NCBI GenBank assembly: GCA_951406725.2
Contig: OX597817.1
Location: forward strand, 150,846,001-150,910,000
From: Octopus vulgaris
Taxonomy: Eukaryota
Length of the DNA: 64,000 nt
Direction: 5' to 3'
The translations under genes were made by a program, and so were the position numbers. The notes beneath the pieces are model-generated. The model saw only the letters and a list, made by a program, of their open reading frames with translations. It did not search any database and was not told the origin of the DNA. Shown in pieces: positions 38,977 through 51,561 of the stretch; within the stretch, counting starts at the first letter, position 1; each line of letters opens with the position of its first letter.

Positions 38977-41321
38977 TAAAGAAAATGAATGGGATAAAGA
39001 GAGTCTGCCGAATGTTGACCCAACAGAGGGACCAGCTATCCGAGTTGATAGTTCCGTGGTAGCTAAGGCAATTAGAAGCATGAAGACAGGGAAAGCCCCA
39101 GGCCCATCAGGAATTACTGCAGTGATGCTCAAAATATCTGGCAGTGTTGGCTAAAACCTAGTCACCCGTATAGTCAACCAGGTGATACACGAAGGAGTCA
39201 TACCCAATGACTGGTGTAGCAGCATACTAGTCAACTGCTACAAAGGTAAAGGTGATGCCCTAGATACAAATAATTACAGAGGTATCAAGCTGTTGGATCA
39301 GGTAATGAATGTTACGGAGAGGGTCATAGCCCAACTAATTAGAGAGAGAGTTAGTTTAGATGAGATGCAGTTTGGGTTTGTCCCAGGGAAAAGCACCACT
39401 GATGCTATATTCTTGGTAAGGCAGCTGCAGGAGAAATACCTAGCCAAAGATAAGCCCCTGTACCTGGCTTTCGTTGACATGGAGAAAGCCTTTGATAGGG
39501 TCCCCAGATCCTTCATCTGGTGGTCAATGAGGAAACTAGGGATAGATGAATGGCTGGTGAGGGCTGTGCGAGCCATGTACAGAGATGCCATAAGTAAGGT
39601 TAGAGTTGGCAACATGTACACAGAAGAATTCAAAGTAGAGGTTGGGGTCCACCAGGGTTCAGTACCCAGCCCCCTCCTATTTATCATAGTCCTCCAGGCA
39701 ATTGTGGAGGAATTCAAGACAGGTTGCCCCTGGGAGCTCCTCTATGCTGACGACCTCGCTCTAATTGCTGAGTCACTATCAGAACTGGAGGAGAAGTTCC
39801 AGGTGTGGAAGGAGGGTTTAGAATCGAGGGGCCTTAGAGTCAACCTAGCTAAAACCAAAGTACTAATAAGTAGAAAGGTAGACAATCCACAAATATCCTC
39901 AGGAAGATGGCCCTGCTCGATCTGTAGAAAAGGTGTAGGTAGAAACTCTATAAGATGTACCCAGTGTAAGCTATGGACACATAAGAGGTGCAGCAATGTC
40001 AAAGGTAGGCTAACTGGGAAGATAGTTTTTGTATGTGGCAGATGCTCTGGAGCATTGACCTCCGAAAATCTGCAGAAAACAACTTCCGTCACTTTCCGGG
40101 GGGTAAAACTAGAAGTAGTTGATAGCTTCCGCTATCTAGGTGACCAAGTCAGTAGTGGGGGTGGGTGCACTGAAAGTGTAACTGCTAGAATAAGAATAGC
40201 CTGGGCAAAGTTTAGGGAGCTCTTACCTCTGCTGGTGACTAAAGGCCTCTCGCTCAGAGTAAAAGGCAGACTGTATGATGCATGTGTTCGAACAGCTATG
40301 CTACATGGCAGTGAAACATGGGCCGTGACTGCTGAGGACATGCGTAAGCTCGTGAGGAACGAAGCCAGTATGCTCCGATGGATGTGTAATGTCAGTGTAC
40401 TTACTCGACAGAGCGTTAGTACCTTGAGAGAAATGTTGTACCTAAGAAGCATCAGTTGTGGTGTGCAAGAGAGACGATTGCGCTGGTATGGTCATGTGGC
40501 GAGAATGGATGAAGATAGGCATGTGAGAAAGTGCCAATCCCTAGCAGTTGAGGGAACCCGTGGAAGAGGTAGACCTAGGAAAACCTGGGACGAGGTGGTG
40601 AAGCACGACCTTCGGACGTTAGGTCTCACCATGGAAATGACTAGAGACCGAGACCTATGGAAGTATGCTGTGCGTGAGAAGACCCGGCAAGACTAGTGAA
40701 GCCATAACCCGTGGCCCTTACCTGGGACGTAGTCAGTCCACCTGTGCATACCTTCCTTCTTGTGACACTTGTGAAGACCTGTTGAGGCAAGTGAGAATCG
40801 AATCAAATCAAATCAAATCGAACCAAATCAAAATAGATGAACATCAATGGGATTTGTATCCTTGTGGTACCAGTGCCGGTGGCACATAAGAAAACCATCC
40901 GAACGTGACCGTAGCCAGTACCGCAATGACTGGCCTCCGTGCTGAGGGCACGTAACAAACACCATCTGAGCGTGGCCGTCCGCCAGCCTCGTCTGGCACC
41001 TGTGTCGGTGACACATAAGAAAACACCATCCGAGCGTGGCCGTCAGCCAGCCTCGTCTGGCACCTGTGTCGGTGGCACATAAAAAACACCATCCGAGCGT
41101 GGCCGTCTGCCAGCCTCGTCTGGCACCTGTGTCGGTGGCACATAAAATCACCCACTACACTCTCGGAGTGGTTGGCGTTAGGAAGGGCATCCAGCTGTAG
41201 AAACACTGCCAGATCTGATTGGCCTGGTGCAGCCTTCGGGCTTGCCAGACCCCAGTTGAACAGTCCAACCCATGCTAGCAGGGAAAGCGGACGTTAAACG
41301 ATGATGATGATGATGATGATG

Positions 41322-41323
<2 letters not shown>
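38976..41323 (+). mobile_element. 5'-truncated RTE-clade LINE (RT with YADD, PHD-like finger, long 3' UTR, (GAT)n tail)
   Basis: ORF 39182-40696 has QFGF, FVDMEKAFD, GVHQGS, LLYADD, RLRWYGHV and RGRPRKTW; upstream TAA near 39152; ends in (GAT)n. Confidence 0.92.
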
Positions 41324-41378
<55 letters not shown>

Positions 41379-41391
41379 ATGTATATATATG

Positions 41392-41428
<37 letters not shown>

Positions 41429-41520
41429 ATGTATATGTATAATATATATATATACATATATATGTCTATGTGTATACGTATATATGTATGTATATGTATA
41501 TATGTATGTATATGTGTATA

Positions 41521-41567
<47 letters not shown>

Positions 41568-41571
<4 letters not shown>

Positions 41572-42225
41572 TTGGCGATTTTAGTCAAATCAGAAGTCGG
41601 ACACCATGTCCCACCCAAGTAGAGAGTTATAGTTTACAGAGATATATCTTGGTGAACGAAGTTTATTCGGGATTTTTTGAAGGAGTTTTTCCTGAGACTT
41701 CTTGAACTTTATGGGGGTCTGTTTCTGCTTTAATGTGTTTTGATATCATGTTAAAGAGAGTGGGGCCACTTGATGTGAAATAATCGTGCCAAATTGTTAT
41801 TATGAGATGCAAGTGGGATTTATGTGGTTGGTGGATCGCATGGGGCAGAAGTCTTGGGTGTATCTTAAAGGAGATGCCAGCATCATTCGGGAACTGCTGC
41901 TGGAATATTTTCCACCTCATGCAGATGATACAGCACTCATGACGACATCGAAGAGAATAAAGCTTGAGCTTTTCTAGTCGACTCCAATGGTCAAGGACTG
42001 TCATTTTTGTAATTGACGTTTGAGGTGCTTCATGTTTCATGGGAATTTGTTCTATGAGGGGAGACCAAAGTGGACAACTGTATTGAAAGAGGGGTCAGGC
42101 AAAAGTGGAGAAGAGAAGGATAATGGTGAGGATATCAGGATATCTCTCGACTGGAAAGTTCTGAGAATCCAGGAACACATTCTGCTGACCATGTTAACTT
42201 TGCTGTGTATATGAGCGGCCCACCT
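41568..42225 (-). mobile_element. degenerate CR1-like fragment (copies at about 49868-50525 and, internally deleted, 31471-31825)
   Basis: RLEKLKLYSL and ISFKIHPRL...YFTSSGPTLFN; homologous to the 35396 element in opposite orientation. Confidence 0.8.
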
Positions 42226-42349
42226 TCTATATATATGTATATCTATCTGTCTGTCTGTGTGTCTATCTACGTATCTATCTATCTATCTATCTATATATAT
42301 ATATATATATATATATATCTATACAATATGTTACATTACTCGGTAGTCA

Positions 42350-42412
42350 AGATAAAACTCTGAGTTTCAGATGCCGAAGTGGAAATCCACAACACCATCT
42401 CTTCGGTTATCT
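42350..42412 (-). ncRNA. mirror copy of the hammerhead-like motif in the left inverted arm
   Basis: Reverse complement of 43513-43575. Confidence 0.58.
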
Positions 42413-42580
42413 GGCTATTTGAAAACGTTATGAAAAAATACCGTTAAAAATGAAGGGTAATTACTCTGTTATAACTCTGCTTTGCCTGCGTACTTATACA
42501 TCGCTCGCATTTTTCGTCATAAAAATTATATAAAAATACATAAAAATATATAAAAATATATAAAAATATATAAAATCTTC

Positions 42581-43318
42581 TTGGGACATAACACAAAAAG
42601 CATGTTCTATCCGTTTTCTTTAGGGGACCAAAAACGTAACAGAAATAGGAAGGTCATCTGGTTTACGCCCCCTTACTCACCCGAGGTGGCCTTCAATATA
42701 GGTAAATATTTCCTAGCACTGATAGATAGACATTTTCCAGTTAACCATGCTTATAGGAAACTCTTCAATAGACACAATTTAAAAATTAGTTTAAGTTCAA
42801 CTACCAATTTTAAAAACATAATCAATCATAACATACAAAAAACACAAGAAGAAAACAGCTGTTCATGCAGGAATAAAGAATTGTGCCCGCTAAATGGAGC
42901 TTGCATGTCCAAGACCATCATATATGAAGCTACCGTAAACTCTATAACCACTAAAGACACCGTTTCGACGAAGAAATACGTGGGCCTGACAGAGGGTAAT
43001 TTCAAGGCCAGGTTCAATAACCACGCTTTGAGCTTTAGGCACTGGAACAAAAGAAAAGCGACACAATTATCCAATCATATTTGGTCTTTAAGAGATAAAG
43101 GTGTCGATTATAACATACAATGGAAGATTTTGGCCAGATGTAAGCCCTATACTAACGGCAGCGGAAGGTGCGGTTTATGCGACATGGAGAGATGGCTTAT
43201 CTGCAAAAGCAGCTTAGACCCTACCACATGTCTAAATACAAGGACAGAGCTTTTCGGATCATGCCCACATGTGACTAAATTTCTGTTACGTTTTTGGTCC
43301 CCTAAAGAAAACGGATAG
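42581..43318 (+). CDS. Penelope-type GIY-YIG endonuclease with Cys-rich linker (RT missing)
   Basis: IWFTPPYS linker, CxCx5Cx5C, IIY...YVG-TE-FKARFNNH, CxxCxxE, LN-R-E-CxH; no stops. The first ~22 codons derive from the inverted arm and are probably fortuitous. Confidence 0.85.
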   Translation: MGHNTKSMFYPFSLGDQKRNRNRKVIWFTPPYSPEVAFNIGKYFLALIDRHFPVNHAYRKLFNRHNLKISLSSTTNFKNIINHNIQKTQEENSCSCRNKELCPLNGACMSKTIIYEATVNSITTKDTVSTKKYVGLTEGNFKARFNNHALSFRHWNKRKATQLSNHIWSLRDKGVDYNIQWKILARCKPYTNGSGRCGLCDMERWLICKSSLDPTTCLNTRTELFGSCPHVTKFLLRFWSPKENG

Positions 43319-43512
43319 AACATGCTTTCTGTGTTATGTCCCAAGAAGATTTTATATATTTTTATATATTTTTATATATTTTTATGTATTTTTATATAAT
43401 TTTTATGACGAAAAATGCGAGCGATGTATAAGTACGCAGGCAAAGCAGAGTTATAACAGAGTAATTTCCCTTCATTTTTAACGGTATTTTTTCATAACGT
43501 TTTCAAATAGCC

Positions 43513-43575
43513 AGATAACCGAAGAGATGGTGTTGTGGATTTCCACTTCGGCATCTGAAACTCAGAGTTTTATCT
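43513..43575 (+). ncRNA. type I hammerhead ribozyme-like motif in the Penelope pseudo-LTR
   Basis: Stem I AGATAA/TTATCT; core CCGAAGA; stem II GATG...CATC with inner GTGGA/TCCAC hairpin; extra T then GAAAC; near-palindromic stem III ACTC-A-GAGT; cleavage triplet GTT. Confidence 0.6.
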
Positions 43576-43607
43576 TGACTACCGAGTAATGTAACATATT
43601 GTATAGA

Positions 43608-45725
43608 TATATATATATATATATATATATATTATGTATGTATATGTATATATATCTATCTATCTATCTATATATATATATATATTATGTATGTATATGT
43701 ATATATATATACATAGCTCCAGAAGGTCAGAAGCTCCAGAAGGTCATCAATGGCGTGGATGACCAAATAAACCTTCAGTCAGACCTACTGGCTGTTGTCC
43801 AATGGGCGGAAAAGAATAACATGTTGCTAAATGAAGACAAATTTGAACTGATCCACTTTGGAAGGGAGGACGCTCTGAAACTCCCATACTCTCTTCCTTC
43901 TGGAGAAATTCTCATGGCATCCAACAACATCAGAGACCTGGGAGTAACAGTGGACAACAACATAAGCTGGGCTACACATATAAGCAGCAAAGTTGACATG
44001 GCCCGCAGAATGTGTTCCTGGATTCTCAGAACCTTCCAGTCGAGAGATTCCCACGCTATTATCCTTCTCTTCTCCACTTTTGCCCGACCCCACCTTGAAT
44101 ACTGCTGTCCACTGTGGTCTCCCTACACAAAACAAAATATTATGAGAATTGAAGCTCCTCAAAGGTCAATCACAAAAAAGATAGATGGCATGTCAGACCT
44201 TGACTACTGGGGTAGAATAGAGAAGCTGAAATTGTATTCACTCCAACGATGCCGTGAACGCTACATTATCTGTATGATGTGGAAAATATTCCACCAGCAC
44301 TGTCCGAATGATGTTGGCATCACCTTCAAAATGCATCCAAGGCTTGGACCACGTGCCATCCGTCCACAACAAAAATCTAAATCGCATCACATAACGACAA
44401 TACGGCACAACTATTTCACCTCAATTGGACCTGCTCTCTTCAACATTACACCAGGGCACGTCAAAAAAGAAACTGACCACACAAAATTCAAGAAGTCTTT
44501 GGACAAATTCCTTCAAACAGTACCGGACAAACCACCCACACCCGGATATGTCTCCGCAAACAATAACTCTCTGCTCGAATGGGCCTTGGTGCCCAAATCC
44601 TGAACTGAAAGACTTCACCAGGTGGTGCTATTAAGTTAGACATGGCCTGGGCCAATACTGGCCAAAACCTTTCTAAGTTATTCTAAGTTAAGTTATATCT
44701 ATATCTATCTACCTATCTATCTATCTATCTATCTATCTATATATATATATATATATATATACACATTTTATGCATGTATGTATATATATATATAAGTCTA
44801 TAGGTATATGAATATGCAGAAGGAGTTGGAATCCATTTACAGATTGGCTGAGGATAATAATATGCAGTTTAATGCTGAAAAATTCCAAGCCCCACACCAC
44901 CAGCAACAAAACCTAACTTACAGGGGACACTGGTCCACAGGGAATTTCAGTCCCAGAGCCTTAGTCAGTGAGGGACCTGGGTATAGACATGAGTTATTAT
45001 ACCTCTTTCCAAGTGCAAATTACCATGATGGCGACAAAGTGCAGACGACTGGCTGGATGGATCCTAAGAACATTCCGAACAAGAGATAAGGAAACCATGA
45101 TGGTCCACTGGCGGACATTCGTCCTCAGCTGCCTGGATTATTGCTCACAGCTATGGTCAGCCACCAGCGTGAAATTAACAGCAGACCTTGAAGCAATCCA
45201 GAGAAGATTCACAAAGAAAATCGTTTCTTTGTAACAGCTCAGCTACTGGGAAAGGTTGAAACACTTAAGACTCTACTCCCCGGAGAGAAGACAGGAGAGG
45301 TACGCAGTAATATATATCTGGAAGATCCTGCCCAGAAGGCTGCACCAGGCTCCTATCTGATCAGGTAGGGTTTCTACCGCTGGATGCCCTTCTAACACCT
45401 ACCACTCCAAGAGTGTAATGGGTGCTTTTACGTGCCACTGGCACGAGAGCCAGCCATGTGGTACTGCCAATAGCCACACTCAAATGGTGTTTTTTACATG
45501 CCACCAGAACAGGAGCTAGTACAGCGGCACTGACAACATTCATGCTCGGATGGTGCTTTTAGTATTCCACTGGTGTGGTTGCCAGTCAGGCGGTGCTATC
45601 ATCAGTCATCTTAACGAATTTGATTTCACTTGCCTTAACAGGTCCTCAAAAATGAAGTTTAGTGTCCAATGAGAGACGTGTACAGATATATACATATACA
45701 TATACACACATATATATATACATAC

Positions 45726-45796
<71 letters not shown>

Positions 45797-47249
45797 CACA
45801 CAGAGTTTATATCCGTTTAAAAGGAAAAAAGAAGATGAGTCCATATATAACATCAAAAGGAGCAGCTTTTTTTCTCTGATGAAATTATACTCATGTCACA
45901 TAAATGTAATATCAATGTACAAATTTGTAATTAATTTATTGAAACAATTGTAAGCAGCGAAGATGACCACTTTCTAAGCAATAAACAATTATCAACTTCC
46001 TTATCTCCATTTTCTTTTCTTTTTTGAAATGGATATAAACTATATTCTTAATATATACCTATTGTTTTAAGGGTATTTCATTGCCCCAAAATACTAGGTA
46101 TTCAACCAGTGTTTTCTTGAATTCAACCATCCCTTCAAAAGGTTAACATATCCCCTAATTATATACTTATATGTCTATACATTCAATTTATATATATATG
46201 TATATATGAGTATATGCATGTATGTATAGACAGATAGATGAATTGAAGGAGAGGTGTGAGCATATACATATTTCGGTCTTACCTATTTTTTCTAAATACA
46301 TACACCCACATACATTCATTCATGCTTGTTTCTAAATTGACGCAAAAGGTTGACCTAAGATTTGAATAGGGATAAGAAATTTAATGACAATAAATTGAGA
46401 TATTTTAGAATTTCTTTAGAATTGTTAAAGAAAAGAAATAGTGTTTCATTGTGTAAGAAATAGCAGGTACGCAGATAGCTATGTATATGTACATATATGG
46501 ATATAAATACGTGTGTATGAATGTATGTGGGTGTATGTGTACAGTTGTATTTGTATTTAACTATGTTGTTGTTTATGTTTGCACAGATATGTGTGTGTGT
46601 GTGTGTGTGTGTACCTATGTTTGGATTTATATGTGTGTGTATGATTGTTTGTAGTTATGTATATATGTAAACATGAATTCTTCGTGTATGTATATATGTA
46701 TTTATGTATATATGGTGATGATGACGATGGCTATCCACTCATGAGTAAAAAAGGTCATCACTGACCATCTACCATGTGAAATGTCTGCAAGGACAGTTCT
46801 AAGTAGTATTGTGTTCATGGTCAGCTTTATTCAGATTTGCAGCTGTGGCCTTCATGCATGCCGCAGGGCCCTCCTAATTGACCAAGCATCGTAAATGACT
46901 CTTACCTAGCGATTGTACGACCTAGAATTTTAAATCCAATAAGGTTGGGCTGATCCCTCACTGATCCTTTGCACCCTATTTACATGATCCAGAAACAAGC
47001 CAGGACAAGCTATCAAGTCCCAATGTGAGGGCACTATGATCCCATGCGCAAGAACCCCCCCCCCCATAAATTGAGGTGCCTTTCACACACACACATACAC
47101 AGAGGCACACATATACACATACATGCACTTATTATGGATGTATACATACATACTTCATCATTTTAAACACATATAGACACATTCTTTGGGGGAAGCAGTG
47201 GGAAGGTATGGTGTTTTGAGTAGTATAGTTTGTATATATAAATATATAT

Positions 47250-47296
<47 letters not shown>

Positions 47297-49641
47297 TAAA
47301 GAAAATGAATGGGATAAAGAGAGTCTGCCGAATGTTGACCCAACAGAGGGACCAGCTATCCGAGTTGATAGTTCCGTGGTAGCTAAGGCAATTAGAAGCA
47401 TGAAGACAGGGAAAGCCCCAGGCCCATCAGGAATTACTGCAGTGATGCTCAAAATATCTGGCAGTGTTGGCTAAAACCTAGTCACCCGTATAGTCAACCA
47501 GGTGATACATGAAGGAGTCATACCCAATGACTGGTGTAGCAGCATACTAGTCAACTGCTACAAAGGTAAAGGTGATGCCCTAGATACAAATAATTACAGA
47601 GGTATCAAGCTGTTGGATCAGGTAATGAATGTTACGGAGAGGGTCATAGCCCAACTAATTAGAGAGAGAGTTAGTTTAGATGAGATGCAGTTTGGGTTTG
47701 TTCCAGGGAAAAGCACCACTGATGCTATATTCTTGGTAAGGCAGCTGCAGGAGAAATACCTAGCCAAAGATAAGCCCCTGTACCTGGCTTTCGTTGACAT
47801 GGAGAAAGCCTTTGATAGGGTCCCCCGATCCTTCATCTGGTGGTCAATGAGGAAACTAGGGATAGATGAATGGCTGGTGAGGGCTGTGCAAGCCATGTAC
47901 AGAGATGCCATAAGTAAGGTTAGAGTTGGCAACATGTACACAGAAGAATTCAAAGTAGAGGTTGGGGTCCACCAGGGTTCAGTACCCAGCCCCCTCCTAT
48001 TTATCATAGTCCTCCAGGCAATTGTGGAGGAATTCAAGACAGGTTGCCCCTGGGAGCTCCTCTATGCTGACGACCTCGCTCTAATTGCTGAGTCACTATC
48101 AGAACTGGAGGAGAAGTTCCAGGTGTGGAAGGAGGGTTTAGAATCGAGGGGCCTTAGAGTCAACCTAGCTAAAACCAAAGTACTAATAAGTAGAAAGGTA
48201 GACAATCCACAAATATCCTCAGGAAGATGGCCCTGCTCGATCTGTAGAAAAGGTGTAGGTAGAAACTCTATAAGATGTACTCAGTGTAAGCTATGGACAC
48301 ATAAGAGGTGCAGCAATGTCAAAGGTAGGCTAACTGGGAAGATAGTTTTTGTATGTGGCAGATGCTCTGGAGCATTGACCTCCGAAAATCTGCAGAAAAC
48401 AACTTCCGTCACTTTCCGGGGGGAAAAACTAGAAGTAGTTGATAGCTTCCGCTATCTAGGTGACCAAGTCAGTAGTGGGGGTGGGTGCACTGAAAGTGTA
48501 ACTGCTAGAATAAGAATAGCCTGGGCAAAGTTTAGGGAGCTCTTACCTCTGCTGGTGACTAAAGGCCTCTCGCTCAGAGTAAAAGGCAGACTGTATGATG
48601 CATGTGTTCGAACAGCTATGCTACATGGCAGTGAAACATGAGCCGTGACTGCTGAGGACATGCGTAAGCTCGTGAGAAACGAAGCCAGTATGCTCCGATG
48701 GATGTGTAATGTCAGTGTACTTACTCGACAGAGCGTTAGTACCTTGAGAGAAATGTTGTACCTAAGAAGCATCAGTTGTGGTGTGCAAGAGAGACGATTG
48801 CGCTGGTATGGTCATGTGGCGAGAATGGATGAAGATAGGCATGTGAGAAAGTGCCAATCCCTAGCAGTTGAGGGAACCCGTGGAAGAGGTAGACCTAGGA
48901 AAACCTGGGACGAGGTGGTGAAGCACGACCTTCGGACGTTAGGTCTCACCATGGAAATGACTAGAGACCGAGACCTATGGAAGTATGCTGTGCGTGAGAA
49001 GACCCGGCAAGACTAGTGAAGCCATAACCCGTGGCCCTTACCTGGGACGTAGTCAGTCCACCTGTGCATACCTTCCTTCTTGTGACACTTGTGAAGACCT
49101 GTTGAGGCAAGTGAGAATCGAATCAAATCAAATCAAATCAAACCAAATCAAAATAGATGAACATCAATGGGATTTGTATCCTTGTGGTACCAGTGCCGGT
49201 GGCACATAAGAAAACCATCCGAACGTGACCGTAGCCAGTACCGCAATGACTGGCCTCCGTGCTGAGGGCACGTAACAAACACCATCCGAGCGTGGCCGTC
49301 CGCCAGCCTCGTCTGGCACCTGTGTCGGTGACACATAAGAAAACACCATCCGAGCGTGGCCGTCAGCCAGCCTCGTCTGGCACCTGTGTCGGTGGCACAT
49401 AAAAAACACCATCCGAGCGTGGCCGTCTGCCAGCCTCGTCTGGCACCTGTGTCGGTGGCACATAAAATCACCCACTACACTCTCGGAGTGGTTGGCGTTA
49501 GGAAGGGCATCCAGCTGTAGAAACACTGCCAGATCTGATTGGCCTGGTGCAGCCTTCGGGCTTGCCAGACCCCAGTTGAACAGTCCAACCCATGCTAGCA
49601 GGGAAAGCGGACGTTAAACGATGATGATGATGATGATGATG

Positions 49642-49735
<94 letters not shown>

Positions 49736-49827
49736 ATGTATATGTATAATATATATATATACATATATATGTCTATGTGTATACGTATATATGTATGTAT
49801 ATGTATATATGTATGTATATGTGTATA

Positions 49828-49870
<43 letters not shown>

Positions 49871-50610
49871 TTGGCGATTTTAGTCAAATCAGAAGTCGGA
49901 CACCATGTCCCACCCAAGTAGAGAGTTATAGTTTACAGAGATATATCTTGGTGAACGAAGTTTATTCGGGATTTTTTGAAGGAGTTTTTCCTGAGACTTC
50001 TTGAACTTTATGGGGGTCTGTTTCTGCTTTAATGTGTTTTGATATCATGTTAAAGAGAGTGGGGCCACTTGATGTGAAATAATCGTGCCAAATTGTTATT
50101 ATGAGATGCAAGTGGGATTTATGTGGTTGGTGGATCGCATGGGGCAGAAGTCTTGGGTGTATCTTAAAGGAGATGCCAGCATCATTCGGGAACTGCTGCT
50201 GGAATATTTTCCACCTCATGCAGATGATACAGCGCTCATGACGACATCGAAGAGAATAAAGCTTGAGCTTTTCTAGTCGACTCCAATGGTCAAGGACTGT
50301 CATTTTTGTAATTGACGTTTGAGGCGCTTAATGTTTCATGGGAATTTGTTCTATGAGGGGAGACCAAAGTGGACAACTGTATTGAAAGAGGGGTCAGGCA
50401 AAAGTGGAGAAGAGAAGGATAATGGTGAGGATATCAGGATATCTCTCGACTGGAAAGTTCTGAGAATCCAGGAACACATTCTGCTGACCATGTTAACTTT
50501 GCTGTGTATATGAGCGGCCCACCTTCTATATATATGTATATCTATCTGTCTGTGTGTGTGTCTATCTACGTTTCTACCTATCTATCTCTCTCTCTATATA
50601 TATATATATA
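43608..50610 (+). repeat. ~7-kb direct segmental duplication, copy 2
   Basis: As for copy 1; differs by scattered substitutions and microsatellite lengths, including a TGG>TGA nonsense change at 48639-48641. Confidence 0.95.
47296..49643 (+). mobile_element. duplicate of the RTE LINE with an added nonsense mutation
   Basis: ORFs 47502-48641 and 48645-49016 together match 39182-40696. Confidence 0.92.
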
Positions 50611-51212
50611 TATACACACACATACATACATGTAAATATATGTATATACAATTATTTCATATATATATTGTGTATACGTTCTATATATACATATATATAT
50701 TGTGTATATATACATATTATGTATGTATATGTATATATATATATCTATATATATAGATATACATGTAAATATATGTATACACACACACATATACACATAT
50801 ACACATATATACATGTATACAAGTATTATATACACTCATCCAAATGTATGTCTGTGTCTTTTTTTTTCTTTAATTTGTTAAAATCATTGTCCGATATTTT
50901 TTAGTTGTTGCGTTGTTATATCTCTCTATGCTTTATTGCACCCACCCTCTGCCTGTCAGTCTGCCTCTCTCTCCCTCCCCGCCCTCTCACTCTTAGTCTC
51001 TCCCTCTCCTTTTCATAGTTAAGTCACGTTGCCGCTTTACTTAGGAAGTTAAATATTTACAGGAGAAACAGATTAAATTTCTATTCAATAATGAATATGG
51101 TTCAATTTCGTAAGATTTGTTCAACCACGCCCTAGCTGGAGCATTTTAGATCATAAAACATATATATACATATATATATATATACACACACACATAAATA
51201 TGCATGTATATG

Positions 51213-51244
<32 letters not shown>

Positions 51245-51373
51245 TATATATACATATATATATATATATGTGTGTGTGTATATATATAATTATTTCATAT
51301 ATATATTGTGTATACATTCTCTATAAACATATATATATATTATGTATGTATATTTATATATATATATCTATAA

Positions 51374-51405
<32 letters not shown>

Positions 51406-51465
51406 ATATATATATATATATATATATATGAATAAAAATTGAGTTAACGCAGGTTTAAACAAGTA

Positions 51466-51561
51466 TTTTTACTTTCGGCACATGTTTCGAAAATTCCACT
51501 GATACTATTCAAAAGAATAAATGGTATAAACAATGCAATCTTCTCTTCGGGAAAGTGAAAA
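51466..51561 (-). ncRNA. degenerate type I hammerhead-like motif (probable Penelope pseudo-LTR remnant, about 51430-51940)
   Basis: Minus strand reads TTTTCACTTTC-CCGAAGA-GAAGATTGCATTG...CAGTGGAATTTTC-GAAAC-ATGT-GCC-GAAAGTAAAAA. Stems I and II pair well; triplet GCC instead of GTC; flanked by (TA)n. Confidence 0.5.

Larger units (their letters stand above)
35300..42317 (+). repeat. ~7-kb direct segmental duplication, copy 1
   Basis: Near-identical to 43608-50610 (offset about 8.3 kb); same ORFs recur (35168/43599, 36650/44968, 39182/47502, 41663/49962). Confidence 0.95.
42318..43607 (+). mobile_element. 5'-truncated Penelope-like element: GIY-YIG endonuclease region flanked by 329-bp inverted pseudo-LTR arms
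   Basis: Arms 42318-42646 and 43279-43607 are reverse complements (about 2 mismatches seen); inserted in (TA)n; encodes a GIY-YIG domain; arms carry a hammerhead-like fold. Confidence 0.88.
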
